Virus record (IMG/VR): IMGVR_UViG_3300046694_000616
Length of the DNA: 64,000 bases
Source: an uncultured virus (IMG/VR IMGVR_UViG_3300046694_000616)
Lineage: Duplodnaviria > Heunggongvirae > Uroviricota > Caudoviricetes
Strand: one strand, 5' to 3'
Part shown: positions 61,312 to 64,000 of the stretch, in pieces
Numbering within the stretch: position 1 is the stretch's first letter
Layout: each line of letters begins with the position of its first letter
Notes under the pieces: model-generated
Database searches by the model: none
What the model was told of the DNA's origin: nothing
Seen by the model: the letters and a program-made list of their open reading frames with translations, nothing else
Made by a program: the position numbers and the translations under genes

Positions 61312-62265
61312 GTGGCCCGAGCAGAAGCAGCACAACGCACCCAGAACGGCGAACTGTTTCCCGCCAACAGTCTGTCGGCCTGGACCACAGACCCGAAGGC
61401 AACCTTCCAAGCGTGGCTGGCGCAGTACCGCGTAGTCGAATCGCGTCAGTTCCGGGAGTCATCGCGCGACACCTACACGTCCATGTTCGCCTGGTGGCTC
61501 TCATCCCTGGCAGCCAAGGGGTTGGGGCTGCTGGAGGTGACCCCTCAGGACGCGACGGAGTTTTTCACGGCGAGCGAATTCGAGCCGCTCACGCGCCGGC
61601 GCTATCTCCTGCTGCTGAGCAAGGTCTACGTGCACCTTCGCTCGGGGGAAGTGGGGTGGGATGGGGACAATCCGCTCATTGTCGAACTCAAGAAGGAGCG
61701 GGAGCTCGAAATCGCTTTGCCCCCGGGCCTTTCCGAGGAGTCCCTCGCTCAAGTTATCGAAATCCTGACCGATATAGAGGGGTGGAAAGGCGCCCGCGAC
61801 CGGTGTGCCGCGGCGCTTCTCCTGGGGGCAGGATTGAGGTCTAACGAGCTGATTAACTTGCGGGACGAAGACGTGTCCGATACGCACGCGATACGGGTAA
61901 AGCCACATACCGTACATCGCGAACATACCACGCTGATTTTGCCGGATGGTCCCTGGCGAGAGTGGGTTGAGTCCTGGCGCATTCAGCGCGAGACCCTTGC
62001 CATGCCTGGAGACCTTGTATGCCCGGCCACGCGCGGGGGAACCCCCTATTCTCCATCGGGGCTCTTTCGCCGGGTGAGCGCATGGCTAGCGCCATTGGGC
62101 GAAAAGCTACCTCAAAGCGGCCCCAATCTGTTACGCAATACATTCGCCCGGCAGGCGCTTCTGAGCGGGCGATACACTCCGGCCGATGTCCAGGAGTTCT
62201 TGGGCCACGAAGAGTTGCGTCCAACGGCAAAGCATATGGCAGCAATCGAGCTTTTGTCTACGTGA
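61312..62265 (+). CDS. tyrosine recombinase/integrase-fold protein lacking the catalytic Tyr
   Basis: GGAGG RBS; N-terminal SAM-like domain, GAGLRSNE, NLLRNTF, LGHEELRPTAKH (His at the Tyr position). Confidence 0.8.
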   Translation: MARAEAAQRTQNGELFPANSLSAWTTDPKATFQAWLAQYRVVESRQFRESSRDTYTSMFAWWLSSLAAKGLGLLEVTPQDATEFFTASEFEPLTRRRYLLLLSKVYVHLRSGEVGWDGDNPLIVELKKERELEIALPPGLSEESLAQVIEILTDIEGWKGARDRCAAALLLGAGLRSNELINLRDEDVSDTHAIRVKPHTVHREHTTLILPDGPWREWVESWRIQRETLAMPGDLVCPATRGGTPYSPSGLFRRVSAWLAPLGEKLPQSGPNLLRNTFARQALLSGRYTPADVQEFLGHEELRPTAKHMAAIELLST

Positions 62266-62321
62266 CGGGCACCCGTGGGTATGATAGTTTACAAATATTT
62301 CGAAGTATTTCCTCGTCAGGC

Positions 62322-64000
62322 ATGTTTAAGAATTCAGTGACCGTGCAAATGGCCGTCTTCATGGCCGTTGTGGCCGCTATTACGGGATGTTTGACGTTTT
62401 CGTATTCCGAGGCGATACCCTACTTACATAGCGAATTTCCATCTATCCGAAGGGTGCATGACGAAAGACCATATGTCATCGAAAGTATTCTAAGTCTCGT
62501 AGCCTTGATTCTTTCCCTCTTTGCCATATCTCAAATCAAGGCCGTCAAGCAGGGATTCAAGACCGGCTTCGGTTCGTTCGACGTACTCAACGGCGTCATC
62601 ACATCGACACAGTTTAGCCCCGACACGGGCCTGTTATTCATCGACGCCAACGGGAAAATTCTGACGACCACGCAGTTGCCGATGCGCGTCGCGCAGGTTT
62701 CGAGCCCTGCGGACATGATAGGCAAACGGTTTGACGACGTCTTTCTGGACAAATTCGTCCGGCTGCTGGAGGAGCTGCTTGAAAAGTCCCGTACGACGCG
62801 GCAGCCGGTGGCTGTAGATATTTCCGACTGGACGGCGTATTGCAACCAGGCGCTTGGACCGGTCATCCTCATTGCGATGCCTTCCTTTCGTGACGGGCAG
62901 TATATCGGGCATACCATCGGGTTTCGAAGCTCCAGCGAACTGCGGCTCGCGGAAGAATCGGCAATCCTGCACCAGCACAACTATCAGGTTCTGTTCGATA
63001 ATCTGAATAGCGGCGTCGCAGTCTGCCGGCTTGCTGTGAGCAGCGACGGCGGTCCCGACGCGTATATCGTCGAGGCAAACCGGTCCTTCAACCGCTTGAT
63101 GGATGGGCTTCCGCTGCCCTACACGGAACCCTGTTCCGTCGCATGGCCGAGCTTCTCCAGCCACGACAAGTTGCGCGAGGGTATCGGCCGGGTCACGTCC
63201 GGGGAACAGAATTACCGCTGCCAGATTTTCCTGCCCGAGCTGGGAAAGCATTTTGACGTGATACTCGCGGCGCTGACCGCGGGCCGGTTCCTGCTCATCT
63301 TTTACGACCAGACTGATGTTCGAAGTCAGGAGCAGCAGGTTCTGGCGCTGAACGACCGCATGCAGCGCAATCTGTCACACCAGGCCACGTATTTGAGCAG
63401 CCTGCTCGACGATATTGACCACTTCCATATGGCCGTGACCGACATCTCGGAAGCACAACTGGACAGGATTTCCAAGGCCGTGCCGAACATCGACCCGCCT
63501 ATGGCGGAGGAGATTTCCCAGGCCACCACAGAGCTCTACCGGGTGAGCAGCCAGTTTCATCGGTACCACAATGCGCTCGGACTGCCGTACCAGGCAACTG
63601 CGCTGGTACATCCGACGGAAATCGTCACGCGGGTCCTGGAGAAGCTCGAAAACCGGTACCCTGACGTCAAGTTTTTCGTGCGCAAGCTGCCTGCCGTCGT
63701 TGCCAGCCCGGAGGTGCTCACCTGCATTCTCGAACGCGTTCTTGGGACGCTCGCAGGACAACCGCACGGCGACGCAGCCAGGATTACGGTCGAGGGTATC
63801 GGCGGATTTCTCACCACCGGGGTATGCGTGGAGGCGACGGGTCTGACGTTCACGTCGTTGTTTTTAGAGATTCCGCCGGACACGCAGCCGCTCGACTGGA
63901 CGCTCACGAGCGACCTCGAGCTGGCCACCGTCCGGCGCATGGTGACCGAACACGGTGGCGAGTTGCTCATCGGTCCGGCCGAACACGGCGAAGGTGTCCG
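62322..64000 (+). CDS. 2-TM, 2-PAS histidine-kinase-like protein with degenerate catalytic boxes (runs off the window end)
   Basis: Hand-translated open frame from ATG 62322; PAS motifs LLFIDANGKI and YQVLFDNLNSGVAV...EANRSF; ends LELATVRRMVTEHGG. Confidence 0.75.
   Translation, partial: MFKNSVTVQMAVFMAVVAAITGCLTFSYSEAIPYLHSEFPSIRRVHDERPYVIESILSLVALILSLFAISQIKAVKQGFKTGFGSFDVLNGVITSTQFSPDTGLLFIDANGKILTTTQLPMRVAQVSSPADMIGKRFDDVFLDKFVRLLEELLEKSRTTRQPVAVDISDWTAYCNQALGPVILIAMPSFRDGQYIGHTIGFRSSSELRLAEESAILHQHNYQVLFDNLNSGVAVCRLAVSSDGGPDAYIVEANRSFNRLMDGLPLPYTEPCSVAWPSFSSHDKLREGIGRVTSGEQNYRCQIFLPELGKHFDVILAALTAGRFLLIFYDQTDVRSQEQQVLALNDRMQRNLSHQATYLSSLLDDIDHFHMAVTDISEAQLDRISKAVPNIDPPMAEEISQATTELYRVSSQFHRYHNALGLPYQATALVHPTEIVTRVLEKLENRYPDVKFFVRKLPAVVASPEVLTCILERVLGTLAGQPHGDAARITVEGIGGFLTTGVCVEATGLTFTSLFLEIPPDTQPLDWTLTSDLELATVRRMVTEHGGELLIGPAEHGEGV

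Noticed and set aside
61312..62265. Integron integrase or prophage boundary
   Set aside because: No IntI-specific insertion, attC sites, flanking direct repeat or tRNA target seen, and the catalytic Tyr is absent.
1..64000. CTATACG cassettes as single-stranded (Frpo-type) leading-region promoters
   Set aside because: Boxes occur on both strands and lack the long flanking inverted repeats that ssDNA promoters need.
1..64000. tRNA, rRNA or IS elements
   Set aside because: No cloverleaf with a T-loop in intergenic gaps, no rRNA-like tract, and no transposase motifs or terminal inverted repeats recognised.

Overview
GC-rich, gene-dense stretch of what is most likely a large Burkholderiales-type megaplasmid, ICE or phage-plasmid (inference). 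It has about 95 mostly short CDSs on both strands, many of them hypothetical. Orphan homologues of housekeeping genes include clpP, ruvB, RNase R, HU, H-NS and a class II-like ribonucleotide reductase. Nucleic-acid repair and nucleotide enzymes include AlkB, an Rnl2-type RNA ligase, a PfkB kinase, NUDIX, NMN adenylyltransferase, and MazG-like and SerRS-like proteins. Signalling genes are an HDOD-GAF protein, a NarX/NarL-type pair and a pseudo-kinase. There is also a PspA-DUF2491 module and four dispersed secreted Ig-repeat proteins with different C-terminal tips. I saw no rRNA, tRNA, CRISPR array or IS. The strongest unexplained signals are: (1) a CTATACG box 26-58 nt upstream of about 22 genes, always on the coding strand and with no shared -35, suggesting an element-specific promoter class and regulon; (2) three near-consensus sigma28 (FliA) promoters, one apparently driving a ~70-nt sRNA; (3) the polymorphic YYVVVP-Ig adhesin family; (4) a MazG-like / minimal SerRS-like / NMNAT operon; (5) a tyrosine recombinase and a histidine kinase that both lack catalytic residues. 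All family calls come from motif recognition by eye; no searches were run.
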